Below, piece after piece: positions 1 through 13,745 of a stretch of DNA of 64,000 bases (positions within the stretch are counted from its first letter, which is position 1; every line of letters begins with the position of its first letter). Made by a program: the position numbers and the translations under genes. The stretch comes from Eledone cirrhosa (lineage: Eukaryota), in assembly GCA_964016885.1 (NCBI GenBank), contig OZ024744.1:42780001-42844000 (forward strand), written 5' to 3'. The notes under the pieces are model-generated. The model did no database searches. It saw only the letters and a program-made list of their open reading frames with translations, and was not told the origin of the DNA.

Positions 1-444
1 GACCCCTTAGGTATCATTCCCAGAGCGCCTACAACCACTGGTATTGTTTTAGTTCTCAATTTCCACATTTTTCCAATTTCTATCTCCAGGTCCTTATACT
101 TGCTCAATTTTTCAAATGTTTTTATAGATACATTTTTGTCTATTGGAACCGACATATCAATTAGCAGGCAAACCCTCCTTTGAAAGTCCTTCAATATTAT
201 ATCAGGTCTATTTGCATCTATTTTTCGGTCTGTTTGGATGCTAAAGTTCCACAAGATTGAGATGTGATCTTTTTCAAGTATGGGAGGTGGTTGATGCTCC
301 CACCAATTCTTTTGATGGGGCAGGTCAAAATGCTTACACTTATGCTTTCCAATGTATGTATTGTGCAGCTCTGTCATGCCTGTTTAGGTATTCGGTTGGA
401 GCTATAGGACTGCACATTGAAATTATATGGTCAATGGTCTCTGG

Positions 445-445
<1 letters not shown>
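1..445 (-). mobile_element. R4/Dong-type non-LTR retrotransposon, 5'-truncated fragment covering the restriction-like endonuclease (RLE) region; continues off the window
   Basis: Minus-strand translation ILWNFSIQTDRKIDANRPDIIL...CLLIDMSVP...EKLSKYKDL...IPVVVGALG shows the RPD..D..K RLE motif; abuts a (TTA)n run. Confidence 0.85.
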
Positions 446-448
<3 letters not shown>

Positions 449-482
<34 letters not shown>

Positions 483-490
483 GTTATTGT
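449..490. repeat. (TTA)n microsatellite; target site/tail of the Dong-type elements
   Basis: Direct reading. Confidence 0.95.
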
Positions 491-2578
491 TATTCCTTGA
501 ATCTCAGTCATTGATGTTGGTTAACTGGAAAGTCCGTTGGATTGAATATCAAGCCACTACCTGCAGCCTCAGATATTCAGGACGTATCGGAGGGTTCTTG
601 CCGTTCCAAGCAAGCATGCCTTTTGAAGCGTTCCAAAAAGCGTGAAGGGGCCGATTTTCTTTAACCATCCCTGGAAACCTTTGGAGATAGTCCCCAGTGC
701 GCCTATGACAATCGGGATCACTTTGACTTCATGGCAGTTCCAAATCCTTTTCACCTCCCACTTTAGGTCCTGGTATCGGTTAATTTTCTCCCTCTCCTTC
801 TCTTGCACTCTCGTGTCGAACGGGCAGGCCACATCCACAATCAGGCACGATCTTTTTTCTTTGTCCACAACCACCAGGTCAGGTCTATTGTGTTCCAGTT
901 TTTTGTCCGTCTGTATCCTAAAATCCCACAGCACCTTCACCTGACTGTTCTCCATCACCGCCTCTGGCCTATGCTCATACCATTTCTCAGAATGTGGTAG
1001 ATTGTTTACTTTGCACAGGTGCCAGTGGATCACCCTGCCCATCACATCGTGTCTCCAGCCCTTATAGTGGGTCTGGGCTAGGTGTTTACACTCGGACACA
1101 ATGTGAGCCACAGTCTCCTCTCTCTCTCCACAGATCCTGCACAGTGGGCTAGCCTCCTCCTTGTAGATATGGTGCTTCAACCACTTCGTTTTGAGGGCCT
1201 GCTCCTGCGCAGCCATTAGCATTCCTTCTGTAGCCTTTTTGAGGTCTCCTCTTCTCAACCAGTTCCATGTCTGTGGATCTCTAAATTCAGTTTTCTCAAA
1301 GAAGGTACTATGAAGGGATTTTCCCTTAAGGCTGCTCTTCCTCCTTGATGTTATTTCCTCCTTGGGTATCCCCTGGCCTACTGTCCCCTCCTTCAGTACA
1401 GCTCTGAGCATTGGCTCCTTACTATAGGTCACGTATTTGTATAGGTTGTTTTTCTCCATCTGAACACAGTCCTCTATGCTGATAAGACCTCTTCCACCCT
1501 CAGATCTCCTTAGGTAGAGTCTATCGACATCACTCCTCTTGTGGAACATGTTGTAGATAGTCAATAGCTTCCTAGTCTTCCTATCCATTTCTTTTTGTTC
1601 AGCAACATTCCATCTCAGAATTCCCGCACTGTACCTAATAATAGACACAGCTCGGGAATTTACTGCGCTTATGGCATTTCTGCTGTTCAGATGTGACTTC
1701 AATACGCTCCTTACTCTCCGAATGTATTCAGTTCTTAACAATTCCTTCATTTTTTTGTTCTTTATGCCATCAGCCTCCAGAACGCCCAAATACTTGTATC
1801 CTTCCTCAGAGTCAATTTCCTTTATCATCTCACCTGTTGGTATCTGGATCCCGTTACTTCTGCTCAACCTACCCCTCCTCATCACAATGACTCCACATTT
1901 ACCAATACCAAACTGCATACATATATCACTGCTGAAAATACGGACAGTGTCAACAAGCACATCCAACTCCTTCTCACTTTTCCCGAAGAGCTTAAGATCG
2001 TCCATGAAGAGGAGGTGATTGATGGTAAGCTCTCCCCTTCCCAACTTGTATCCTGCTCTCACTTTTCGCAGCATAATGGTCAAGGGCATCAGGGCAAGGA
2101 CAAACAACAGAGGGGACAGGCTATCTCCCTGGAAGATACCTCTCTTGATCTTCACGCTTCCCAAGGATACTCCAGTTGATGTCAACTCTGTCTCCCAGGA
2201 CCCCATACTCCTGCCCAGCAACTGTCTGATGTTATCTGCCACCCTGAAGATCTCCAGGCTTTTGGTGATCCAGGAATGAGGCACCATGTCAAATGCCTTT
2301 CTGTAGTCTATCCATCCCATGGCAAGATCAGTGTGTCTCCTCCTGCAATTCCCCATTACCATCTTATCAATAAGCAACTGGTCCTTTGTACCACGTGACT
2401 TCTTTCGGCATCCTTTCTGTTCGTCCGGCAACAAGTTGTTTGTGTGGAGGTGATGGTAGATTTCCTCAGACACAATGCTCGTCAACAGTTTCCACATTAC
2501 GGGCAGACATGTGATAGGTCTATAGTTGGTAACATCATTACCCTTGATTCGGTCTTTCATTATCAGAACTGTGGTACC
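491..2578 (-). mobile_element. R4/Dong-type RLE retrotransposon, 5'-truncated; RT + CCHC + RLE open to the stop at 569
   Basis: [63 protein letters not shown]; (TAA)n on both sides. Confidence 0.92.

Positions 2579-2650
<72 letters not shown>
2579..2650. repeat. (TTA)n microsatellite at the Dong/PLE junction
   Basis: Direct reading. Confidence 0.95.
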
Positions 2651-5011
2651 GAATACTGTGATTATACTTAATACTATTTTCAGTATTTTTTCTATATACT
2701 CAATATTATTTTTATAACCAACTTTACGTAAAGCATCATTATAATATACAGCTTTACTATTAAATATGGATCTATTAGCGGATAGTCTGGATATTCGTTG
2801 TTGTACACTGTTGACTATTGCATTCTTAACACTTTTAGGATGATTAGAATAAAAACTAACATAATTTAAGTTCTCATTGAGTTTATGGAAAGGGTAATGA
2901 AGGCCTGAGTTCAAATTAAGAGTTACGTCTAAAAAATTAACTATTTTATTGTTATTTTCTACTTCTAATTTCAGGTCATAATTTAAAAAAAATTCTATAA
3001 TTACTTTCTTTACTCTATTTAATTCGCTATTATTATGTTTTTCTACAATAAATAATATGTCGTCTATATATAAACCACCGGTAATCTCCGGCAGTTTTCT
3101 ATTTATCATGTTAAGGATGAAAATTCCCACAAGATCGGTAACTTGCGCCGAATCAGATGAGCCCATAATGATGTAAAAGTTCTTCTGCCTATCGGATCTA
3201 GTCCAAAGATCATTATTAAACTCTATCAATGTTCGCCTTGCAGTTAAAATAATATTTATCTCATCACTAGATAGATCCGTGTGCTTATATGCATATGATA
3301 GCGCCTTATTTAGTAGGTTAGGAGTTATTGAGGAATAATAACTCGCTATGTCCATTTGAATGAACTTATGACTTTTTTATTTTCGATATTATTGAACCAA
3401 TCTCTGACTTCATTAGTGTTTTTCCATAGATTTAGCCTTGACCTAAATTTAAGTGTTGGTAAAATCCTATCTATAATGTTTTTACTAATTATTCCGCGAT
3501 CTGATTTCGAAGGTGCAATAAGTCTAACAGGTAAGTTTTCTTCAAAATTACTTTTATGGTATTTAAAATTTATCCGTGGTTGCCTTGGTATGAAGGGTTT
3601 GGTTTTGCGCTCTATTCCGAGATTAGTGATAATTCCAAATGCATCATTATTAATATCCAATAAATCTTCACTTGGGGCCTTTTTGTAATTTTTTCTCAAT
3701 TCTTTTAAAATTAAGTCGTTATATTTTGTTCTTTCAATCCCATATAGATTGTTTGTTTTGTCTGATTTCACTAATATTTTGTTTACTTTCTGTATGTCAT
3801 TATTTTTTTCCTTTAGACCTCTAAGGTATGCTTGGCCTCTATATGGGTTTTTTTTTATTTTATATTCCTTAATATATTTATAATTTCGTTTACTAAATTA
3901 GCCAAGAGTTTGTTGTAAGAAGGATTTTTCCTAGATTTAAAAATATGCTCGAAATTGTGGTTGGTGTTTTTCTTATCCGTTTTCTCTTTATTTTCAAAGT
4001 GGAAACCACGCCACCGCAGTCTTCTTATGAAGGAGTTGGTTTGGGCAATAAGTTTTTTCATATATTCTTCGTTAGATCGTAAATGTATATCTTTGAGAGA
4101 TGAAGAAATCCTGAAGAACTCCATAACTTATTAGTAATCTATTGCAGAAGAAGCGCTTAACCTTCAGGGAGCTAAATATGACCAAAGCACCCCAAACGTA
4201 TAATTAGGATTATACTAAGGTATATCCTAATGTTTGTTGAGTGAGACGGAAGCCGGTCGGAGTATTGCTTAAAGCTTTCTCTGTTAATGTATTAAATATT
4301 ATACTCTTGATTTGGCCAAGGATGAATATTTCCAGATACTTTTTAGGTATGACTTTCCGTATTTATTCTTTGTATGAAATATTGATTGTTCTTCCGGTAT
4401 CTTATCTCTGCTTTTAGCCTAAGAAAATACCTATATGCGTGTATAAATAATACATGCATATATTTATTTTTTATATCCAATTGAGTTCTTCACGCATGGT
4501 TAAAATTATTGAAAGAATTAATTGACCCGCGTGCATATTATTTTATTTTTTTTTACGTTTTGCGATGACCTCCCCTTTCCGCTTGATAGCAGTGTGAGAT
4601 TTCTCATTGTGAGACTGCAGGAATTTCAAATTTGACGGTCATTCTAGCACGGAGGGGTACCATCGCTGAACATTAATATCGGTAAGGTTTTTTTATCGAT
4701 ATTTGTCGGGCATCCACTGATGATTTATAAGTGCCCACCTACATATATTCATACGGACTATGTGTAGGCTTCTACATAACCTGGACATTATTTTCCCAAT
4801 TTGTAAAAAACTTATAATGAAACGATCGTTTGGAAAGAGAGATGTATTTTAATTATGTCTCATATAAAATAATACAACTGGCTATCCGCAACATACGTAT
4901 AGTTAACACCCCAAACGTATAATTGGGATTATACTAAGGTATATCCTAATGTTTGTTGAGTGAGACGGAAGCCGGTGGGAGTATTGCTTAAAGCTTTCTC
5001 TGTTAATGTAT

Positions 5012-5018
<7 letters not shown>
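2651..5018 (-). mobile_element. Penelope-like element: frameshifted N-terminal and RT region (4124 to about 2651) plus pseudo-LTR region
   Basis: [72 protein letters not shown]; ~110 bp direct repeat 4188-4299 / 4907-5018. Confidence 0.88.
4713..4834 (+). ncRNA. Type I hammerhead ribozyme motif with a long stem II insertion
   Basis: tcca-CTGATGA-t-ttataag..~75 nt..cttataa-t-GAAA-cgatcg-TT-tgga; palindromic stem III; GUU site. Confidence 0.7.
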
Positions 5019-5076
<58 letters not shown>

Positions 5077-5106
5077 AGATCAAAAGATGGTTAAAAGAGT
5101 TCCAAG

Positions 5107-5177
5107 TATTTTATTATGCGCATTTCAAAAACAAATATCATCATGAGATGATATCTGCGTTTTCATCATATAAAATA
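5107..5177 (-). ncRNA. Degenerate hammerhead motif (C3A)
   Basis: tattttat-aTGATGA-long stem II-GAAA-tgcgca-TA-ataaaata; 8-bp stem I; palindromic stem III. Confidence 0.6.
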
Positions 5178-6380
5178 GGGATACGAAGGTTAAAAAAACA
5201 CTTGTGAATAGTGAAGTTTTAAATCAACATATGAAAACGGTGGCGTGTAACACACACAGACACACACACACGCCGTCCATGGAAAAAGTGAGGAGGGGTT
5301 GGAAAGGGTAAGGAAGAGGAGGAGATGAGAGTAAAGAATGGTGGGGGAGGAGTATAAGAAGGAAGGAGGAGAGAGGAGGAGAGATGGGTGATAGAGAGAG
5401 AGAAATAGCCTTAACAACTGAGAAAAATATAAATATATATTGTCTCACAGAGAGAAGTTAAAATACCGTTGGAAGATAATAGATAATTTTAAAGAATTTG
5501 AAATTAAAAGTTGAAGAGAAAAAGGGGTTAAGAATAATATTAAGTTAAGGTTTGTATATTGAAGGGTTTAATAATATGTGCGAGGAAAAGAAATTGTTAA
5601 TATGTATTATTAAAATAAAAAATATTAATGTTATTAAGGATATAATGTGAAAAGAAGTAGAAGAGTGGATGAGTTATGAATTTAGAGGAATTAATTAGTG
5701 TTTAAGTTTGTTTTTGTATAAGGTAATGTGTGTGCGTAATATATGTAAATAGTTTGTTTTAAAATGAGCGCAGAATGCAAAGAAGAAAAGAATGTTTAAG
5801 GAAGAAAATATCTAACATCAAAATATATATGTTTACGAAATATTTTCTAATGGTAATAATATAATATATTAAAGAAATTGGTTAGGGTTTAAGTTTGTTT
5901 TTTATGTATTGTAATATTAATATGTAAAAGTCAAACGAGCATGAAAGGAAGAGATAAGGAACTTAAGGAAGAAAAATCTAACGTCAAAAAATGTTTATGT
6001 TTACGAAGGACTATTAAAGGTAATACTATAATGTATTTAAAAGATAATAATCATTTTTATGGCCAATGATATGAAGAAAGATGGAAGAGTGGATATGTTG
6101 TGGTGAGTAATAATAAGAATTGAGAAGTAGTTAGGATGAAAAAGTACAGATTAGAGGTTAGAAAATAAAAAGAGAAAAGAAAAGAGGAAGAAAGGAAAGT
6201 GATAAAGAGGAATGATATAGAATGAGTAACTTGTATTATATAATATATAATAAATAATATATAATAAATAACATTTATTATAATGCTCGGTTTGTTTATT
6301 TGTAAACAAACAAACAGCCCGAATTACGCCGTACAGTGTTCAGGCAACCACGTCACCTTTTGTTCAACACTGACACAGGA

Positions 6381-6423
6381 ACGGTGTACTAGTTTCAAGC
6401 TTTTTAGCTATCGTCAGCATCGT
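6381..6423 (-). ncRNA. Minimal type I hammerhead ribozyme motif
   Basis: acgatg-CTGACGA-t-agct-aaaa-agct-t-GAAA-ctag-TA-caccgt; palindrome ACTAGT. Confidence 0.75.
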
Positions 6424-6757
6424 ATACCTTTCTGCCAGATGATTGAACGTCTGAAAGTATATACTTTCCTTATGCATATTAACGGCTGAACAGCCTAATT
6501 TGCATATCGAGTGAGTTCAGTCGGCCGGGCGCACCGAAAACGATAAATGGAAAAGAATGAAAAGAAATTTCATTTCTCACTCTTAGTACAGCTGATACTT
6601 AAATGTAAGTATGTATGTATACGTACATACATATATGTATACAGACGTACAGTAGTATGTATATATATACATACATGCACACATATATATATGTACGTAT
6701 GGGTTTACCGAATATTTATTATAATGCTCGGTTTGTTTGTTTGTATATATATATATA

Positions 6758-6808
<51 letters not shown>

Positions 6809-6820
6809 GTATGTATATAT

Positions 6821-6851
<31 letters not shown>

Positions 6852-7303
6852 GAAAAAAAGATGAAATCGAAAATGCAACTGGTGTCTTATTTTTTTTTAA
6901 ATATATATATTTATTTGGTTCCTTTACCGGTTTCGCAGTTCTTCTGCTTTTCAAAAGTAGAGTTGAGATGGAGGGTCTGTGGTTTTTCTCATAGATGTGA
7001 GAAATCGGTAAAGGAACCAAATAAATATATATATTTTTAAAAAATAAGACTCCAGTTGCATTTTCGATTTCATCTTTTTTCTTTATACTTTTACTCGTGT
7101 AGGACACCTCGGTTATTTTTCATTTTGTAAATAAACCTCACTAAGAGTGAGAAATGAAATTTCGTTTCATTCTATTCCATTTATCGTTTTCGGTGTGCCC
7201 GGCCGACTGAACTCACTCGATATGCAAATTAGGCTGCTCAGCCGTTAATATGCATAAGGAAAGTATATACTTTCAGACGTTCAACCATCTGGCAGGAAGG
7301 TAT

Positions 7304-7346
7304 ACGATGCTGACGATAGCTAATAAGCTTAAAACTAGTACATCGT
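7304..7346 (+). ncRNA. Inverted copy of the 6381 hammerhead with G12A
   Basis: acgatg-CTGACGA-tagctaataagctt-AAAA-ctag-TA-catcgt; perfect stem I. Confidence 0.65.
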
Positions 7347-7545
7347 TCCTGTGTCAGTGTTGAACAAAAAGGTGACGTGGTTGCCTAAACACTGTACGGC
7401 GTAATTCGGGCGGTTTGTTTGTTTACAAACAAACAAACCGAGCATTATAATAAATGTTCGGTAAACCGATATGTGCATATATATGTGTGCATGTATGTAT
7501 ATATATATACAAACTGTACGTCTGTATACATATATATATGAACGT

Positions 7546-7640
<95 letters not shown>

Positions 7641-7764
7641 CATACATATATATATGTATACAGACGTACAGTTTGTATATATATATACATACATGCACAC
7701 ATATATATGCACATATCGGTTTACCGAACATTTATTATAATGCTCGGTATATATATATATATAC

Positions 7765-7897
<133 letters not shown>

Positions 7898-7943
7898 CAT
7901 ATATATATACATATATATATATACTATATATATACACATATAA

Positions 7944-9541
7944 GTGTTAAGCGTAAAAGTTGGTGTTCATCAGGGTTCCGTCCTTAGCCCCCTACTATTT
8001 ATTATTGCCCTTCAGGCTATAACAGAGGAGTTCAAGACCGACTGCCCAAGAGAACTCCTATATGCAGATGATCTAACGCTCATAGCTGAATCAATGGCCG
8101 AACTAGAGAAGAAATTCCAAACATGGAAGCATGGTCTAGAATCAAAAGGCCTTAAAGTTAACTTGTCTGAGACTAAAGTTCTAGTTTGTAGGAAGGAAAA
8201 TAGGGCACCGGTCTCATCTGGGAAATGGCCATGCTCAGTGTGTAGGAAAGGCGTAGGTAGAAACTCCATTTTATGTCCCAAATGCAAAGTATGAGTGCAT
8301 AAAAGATGTAGTGGGATCACAGGTAAGCTAACTAAGAATATAGATTTTATATGTGGCCGGTGCTCTGGTGCAATAAGTAGCAGCAAGTGCCCACAGAATA
8401 TTAGCTCATTCCATTGCACAGATGGTTTTATAGAAATAGTGGACACCTTCCATTACCTGGGTGACAAAATCACCAGTGGGGTAGGGTGCTCTGAAAGTAC
8501 AGTAGTTAGAGTTAGAACGGGATGGAAAAAGTTCAGAGAGCTTATACCACTATTGGCCGCTAAAGGGTTCTCTCTAAAAATGAAAGACAGGCTGTATTAT
8601 GCCTGCATACGAACAGCAATGTTACATGACAGTGAGACCTGGGCATTGTGTGCAGAGGATATACACAGACTGGAGAGAAACGAAGCTTGCATGCTCCGCT
8701 GGATGTGTAATAGTAATATACGTGAACGGCAAAGCATAAACGAACTAAGGGAGAAATTAGGAATAAGAGGGATCAGATGTTGTTTACTCGAGAGAAGACT
8801 ACGTTGGTACGGTTACGTGATGCGCATGAAAGACGACAGCTGTATAAAAAAGTGCAGGGCGATAAAAATAGACGGTAGCCACGGAGTAGGCAGACCCAGA
8901 AAAACCTGGGACGACTTGATAAATTCCGACCTCACACACTTACACCTCTCCAAGACAATGTCACTGGACCGAGATCTTTGGCGCTACACAGTTATACAGA
9001 AGACTCGCCTTGCCTAAGTACAAAGCGAAACCTACAGTAAGTAGGCACCTCTAACAAGATACACCCCCGTCCCACTACCCCCACCCCATCCACACCATCC
9101 CCTTAAATGTGAAGTTATGTTGGTACCACAACATCCAGTCCGAAACAAATGATGTCGTGTAGGTGTCACGACAAAAAAAAAACACACAGTCCACGCTGTA
9201 ATGTGGCCGTGTAGGTAACACGGTAAAAACCTCCCAGTACACACTGTAAACGTGGTTGGTGTTGGGAAGGGCACCCAGCCGTAGAAAATCCGCCAGACGT
9301 GTAGGTGTCACGACAATAAAACACACAGTCCACGCTGTAATGTGGCCGTGTAGGTAACACGGTAAAAACCTCCCAGTCCACACTGTAAACGTGGTTGGTG
9401 TTAGGAAGGGCATCCAGCCGTAGAAAACCCGCCAGACAGTCCTGAGCAAGACAACCAATCTTGCCTCAAGTGGTACAATTCCCGTCCAGACCCATGCAAG
9501 CGTGGAAATGGACGTTAAACGATGATGACGATGATGATGAT
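7944..9541 (+). mobile_element. RTE LINE (family A-related), 5'-truncated, one in-frame stop, 3'UTR with an internal tandem duplication and (GAT)n tail
   Basis: [40 protein letters not shown]; ~140 bp duplication ~9155-9297 / 9298-9437. Confidence 0.9.
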
Positions 9542-9556
9542 ATATATATATATATA

Positions 9557-9985
<429 letters not shown>

Positions 9986-10079
9986 TAAGGCGATCTTAAC
10001 GGTTTAAGTTTTTCCAGGAAAAACTTGAACCGTTAAGATTTCCTTCCTGGATATGTCAATATTTATAAAACAAACTTTG

Positions 10080-10139
10080 TATTTTATCTGATGAGTGCAT
10101 ACCAAAGTTTGGTACCCCTGAAATATATATAACAGAATA
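10080..10139 (+). ncRNA. Minimal type I hammerhead motif, downstream of a ~23-bp-stem hairpin (9993-10039)
   Basis: tattttat-CTGATGA-gtgca-taccaaa-g-tttggta-cccct-GAAA-tatata-TA-acagaata. Confidence 0.6.
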
Positions 10140-10282
10140 AATAGGGTTTTACAAATATAGTTTCCATTTATTAATATCATTGATATTATACTTTAGAAAA
10201 CTTGTCTAGTGCTTCAAATCAGTTATAAATATATATATTTGTTGTATTACCAACAAATTAAATATCCCTTTTGCTTCATCAT

Positions 10283-10650
10283 TCATCATCATCATTTCAT
10301 TTTATGTCCGCTTTTCCCTGCTTGCAAGGGTAGGACGGGAACTGATTCTGGCTTGATTTCTACAGCTGGATGCCCTTCCTAACACCAACCTCATTTACAG
10401 TGTGGGCTGGATGCTTTTTTTGCGGTGGCACCTCCACGACCACTTTGCAGTGGAATGATATGGACCACAGTCCCTATCATCTCATTTCTACAGCTGAGTA
10501 AACTGGAGCATTTCTACAGCTGAGTAAACTGGAGTAATGTGAAATAAAGTGTCTTTCTCAAGGAAACAACACATCACCCAGTCTGAGAATTGAACTCACA
10601 ACCTTTCGATTGCAAGGCCAATGCTCTAACCACTAAATACTAAGCCTCCG
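10283..10650 (-). mobile_element. SINE family 1
   Basis: Reverse complement of the 55132 copy; (GAT)n tail; small internal duplication near 10485-10535. Confidence 0.88.
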
Positions 10651-10723
10651 AATATGTATGTGATTATATATATACACATACATATATATATATATAGTGG
10701 TAGAACACTGGAAGGTAATATCC

Positions 10724-12105
10724 GTAGTTTTGATGTAATAAGCCTGTACACTAACATCCCACACGACCTAGCGATTGAAGCTGTGGACTTCTGGATTACA
10801 AAACACTCAAGTCACATTTCAGAAAGATTCCCCAAAGAATTCATCTTGGAAGGACTTAAATTAGTATTGGAAAACAACCACTTCCTCTTTGACAACGAAC
10901 TTTATCTACAAATAAAAGGAACAGCCATGGGTACCAAAGTGGCCCCTACATATGCAACGCTCGTTATGGGTCACTTAGAGGCAAAATTATATTCCCAACT
11001 ACAGATAACATTCAGTCACGACTTCGCCTTCTACATTAATAAAAACTGGAAACGTTACCTAGATGACTGCTTCATCTTCTGGAACAGAAGCCAAACAGAC
11101 CCATAAAAATTTTATTCGATCCTAAACAGGCTTCATGAAGCCATACAATTCACTATGGAATGTAACGAAAAGGAACTGCCCTTTCTAGATATCCTCATCA
11201 TTAAAGAAGGGGAAAATATCATAACGGACCTATTTTGCAAACCCACTGACACACACCAATACTTAAATTTCCGGTCAGCACACCCCTCACATACGAAAAG
11301 GAACATTCCCTTCAACATGGCAAGGCGCATCTGCACTATAGCAACACACCCCGTACTACAAGAAAAAAGATTATGTGACCTGAAAAAATTCCTTAAAAAA
11401 CAAGAATACCCGATGAAACTCATCAACGCAGCCATCTCCAAGGCTAAGAACATCCCAATAACAACACTGAGAAAACCAAACCCACGACATAAAAAAGAAA
11501 ACCCTGCTATCTCTTTTGTCATCACTCACAACCCAGGGAACATCAACATTGTGAAAACTGCTAAGCAGTATCTCCCGATTCTACAGCAATCTACCAAAAT
11601 GAATGCACTTTTAAAAAACACACAGATAATTTATAGCAGACGCCAAGCACCCAACCTTAAAAAACTAATTACCAAGGCAAAATTTACGACCAACATCATA
11701 TCAATGCAAGTGACGAAATGCGGGGACCCTAGATGTGGAACCTGTGAACTCATCGAAGAGGGCAAACAGTTGTCCTTCAAAAACCATGATAATTTCAAGG
11801 ACAATGCTAACATGAACTGCAAAACGAAAAACCTAATATATTGCGCAACATGTCCACAGTGTAAAGAGTATTACATTGGGGAAACCGGAACGGGATTACA
11901 TGATAGAGTCCGGGTACATAAACAACAGATTAAAGACCCCACAGTCAGAAATACCACATGTAGCGCACACTTTGCATCATGCGGGAAGAGAAAATTCACA
12001 ATCTTCCCTTTCTTCAAGATATGGTCGGATAACGAACATTTCCGCAGATATAAAGAAGAATTCTTCATTGAAATATTTAAACCACTACTGAACACGAAAA
12101 AATGA
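10724..12105 (+). mobile_element. Penelope/Poseidon-like element RT-GIY-YIG ORF, 5'-truncated, single in-frame stop at 11104-11106
   Basis: SFDVISLYTNIP, GTAMGTKVAP, RYLDD, LPFLD, YLNFRSAHP, CGDPRCGTC, NLIYCATCPQCKEYYIGETG, RVRVH. Confidence 0.92.
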
Positions 12106-12189
12106 ATTAACACTCGGAGGTAAAATTCCATTTCACTACCCCCCCCCCCCTCTTCTTATGTGTACACATGAATATCTGAGTGAACGGTG

Positions 12190-12316
12190 AAACACACACA
12201 TATGTGTGTGTAGGGATGTGTGGATGTATGTACGTGTGGGTATATATGTATGTGGGTGTGTGTATATGTGTGTGTGTGTGTGTATATATATATGTATGAA
12301 TGTGTGTATGTTTGTA

Positions 12317-12383
<67 letters not shown>

Positions 12384-12492
12384 ATGGGTGTATATATGTG
12401 TATATGTACATGTATGTATGTGTATGTATGTATATATATGTATGTATGTGTATATATATATATATGTATATATATGTGTATATATATATATA

Positions 12493-12547
<55 letters not shown>

Positions 12548-12900
12548 ATAGATATGTATGTTTATGTGTGTGTGTATGTATGTGTATGTACCTATATATA
12601 TGTGTGTGTGTGTGTATGTATGTGCATATATGTATATATGTGTGTACATATGTGTATGTTTCTGTTTGTGTATATGTATGTATGTATGTAGATGTATGTG
12701 TATATATATATATATGTATATATATGTATGTATATGTGTATGTGTATATGTGTCTTTATGTGCTCGTGTGTACGCACATATATATATATATATATATATA
12801 TGTATATGTGTATGTGTGTATGCATGTGTGTGTATGTGTATATATATGTATATATATATATATGTATGTATGCACTTGTATGTGTATGTGTATGTGTATG

Positions 12901-12947
<47 letters not shown>

Positions 12948-13072
12948 ATATGTATGTGTATATATATATATATATATATGGATATATATGTATGTGTATA
13001 TGTATGTGTATATGTGTGTATGTGTCTGTAGGTGTTTATGTGTTCATTTATGTATGTGTATGTGTATGTATA

Positions 13073-13143
<71 letters not shown>

Positions 13144-13269
13144 ATGCCTCTCTCTTTATATGTGTATATATAGATGTATGTGTGTATGTGTGTGTATGCA
13201 TGTATGTGTGAACGGAGGGGTATATATACGGACATATGTATATGTGTGTGTGTGTGTGTGTGTATACAC

Positions 13270-13308
<39 letters not shown>

Positions 13309-13392
13309 CGTGTATGTGTATATATGTATATTTAGTTATGTATCTTTATGTGTGTATATGTATGTATATGTATGTATATGTATGTATATATG

Positions 13393-13423
<31 letters not shown>

Positions 13424-13466
13424 ATATATATGTGTGTGTGTGTATATGTGTGTGTATGTGTATATG

Positions 13467-13509
<43 letters not shown>

Positions 13510-13745
13510 ATGTGTATGTGTATGTGTATGTATATATATATATATATATATATACCCATGTGGAGGTATGAGTACATATTCGTGTGTGTACGTATGTATA
13601 TGTGTGTTTTTATATGTGTCTCTATATGTTGTTGTGTATGTATGTTGATGTATTTGTACATGGGTGTGTGATTGATGGTGTGTGCCTATATATTCCTACA
13701 TATGCCCGTGTGTGTATGTACGTATATGCACACATATGTGTGTGT
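12190..13745. repeat. Compound (TA)n/(TG)n/(TATG)n microsatellite block
   Basis: Direct reading; source of many spurious Y/I/V/C-rich ORFs. Confidence 0.95.

Larger units (their letters stand above)
6276..7750. repeat. Nested inverted-repeat (fold-back) structure made of PLE pLTR-like sequence
   Basis: 6276-6590 inverted vs ~7140-7460; 6852-6935 inverted vs ~7000-7080; 6610-6735 recurs inverted at ~7430-7550 and direct at ~7630-7748. Confidence 0.85.

Noticed and set aside
569-3355. 928-aa ORF as a genuine double-RT membrane protein
   Set aside because: The poly-Ile 'TM' segment is an (ATA)n microsatellite joining two unrelated retroelements; the upstream PLE is frameshifted
12107-13671. 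Long ORFs rich in Y/I/H/T/V/C (also near 6550-7990, 34213-34737, 36980-37444, 41412-42160, 62136-62819)
   Set aside because: Translations of (TA)n/(CA)n repeats, which lack stop codons
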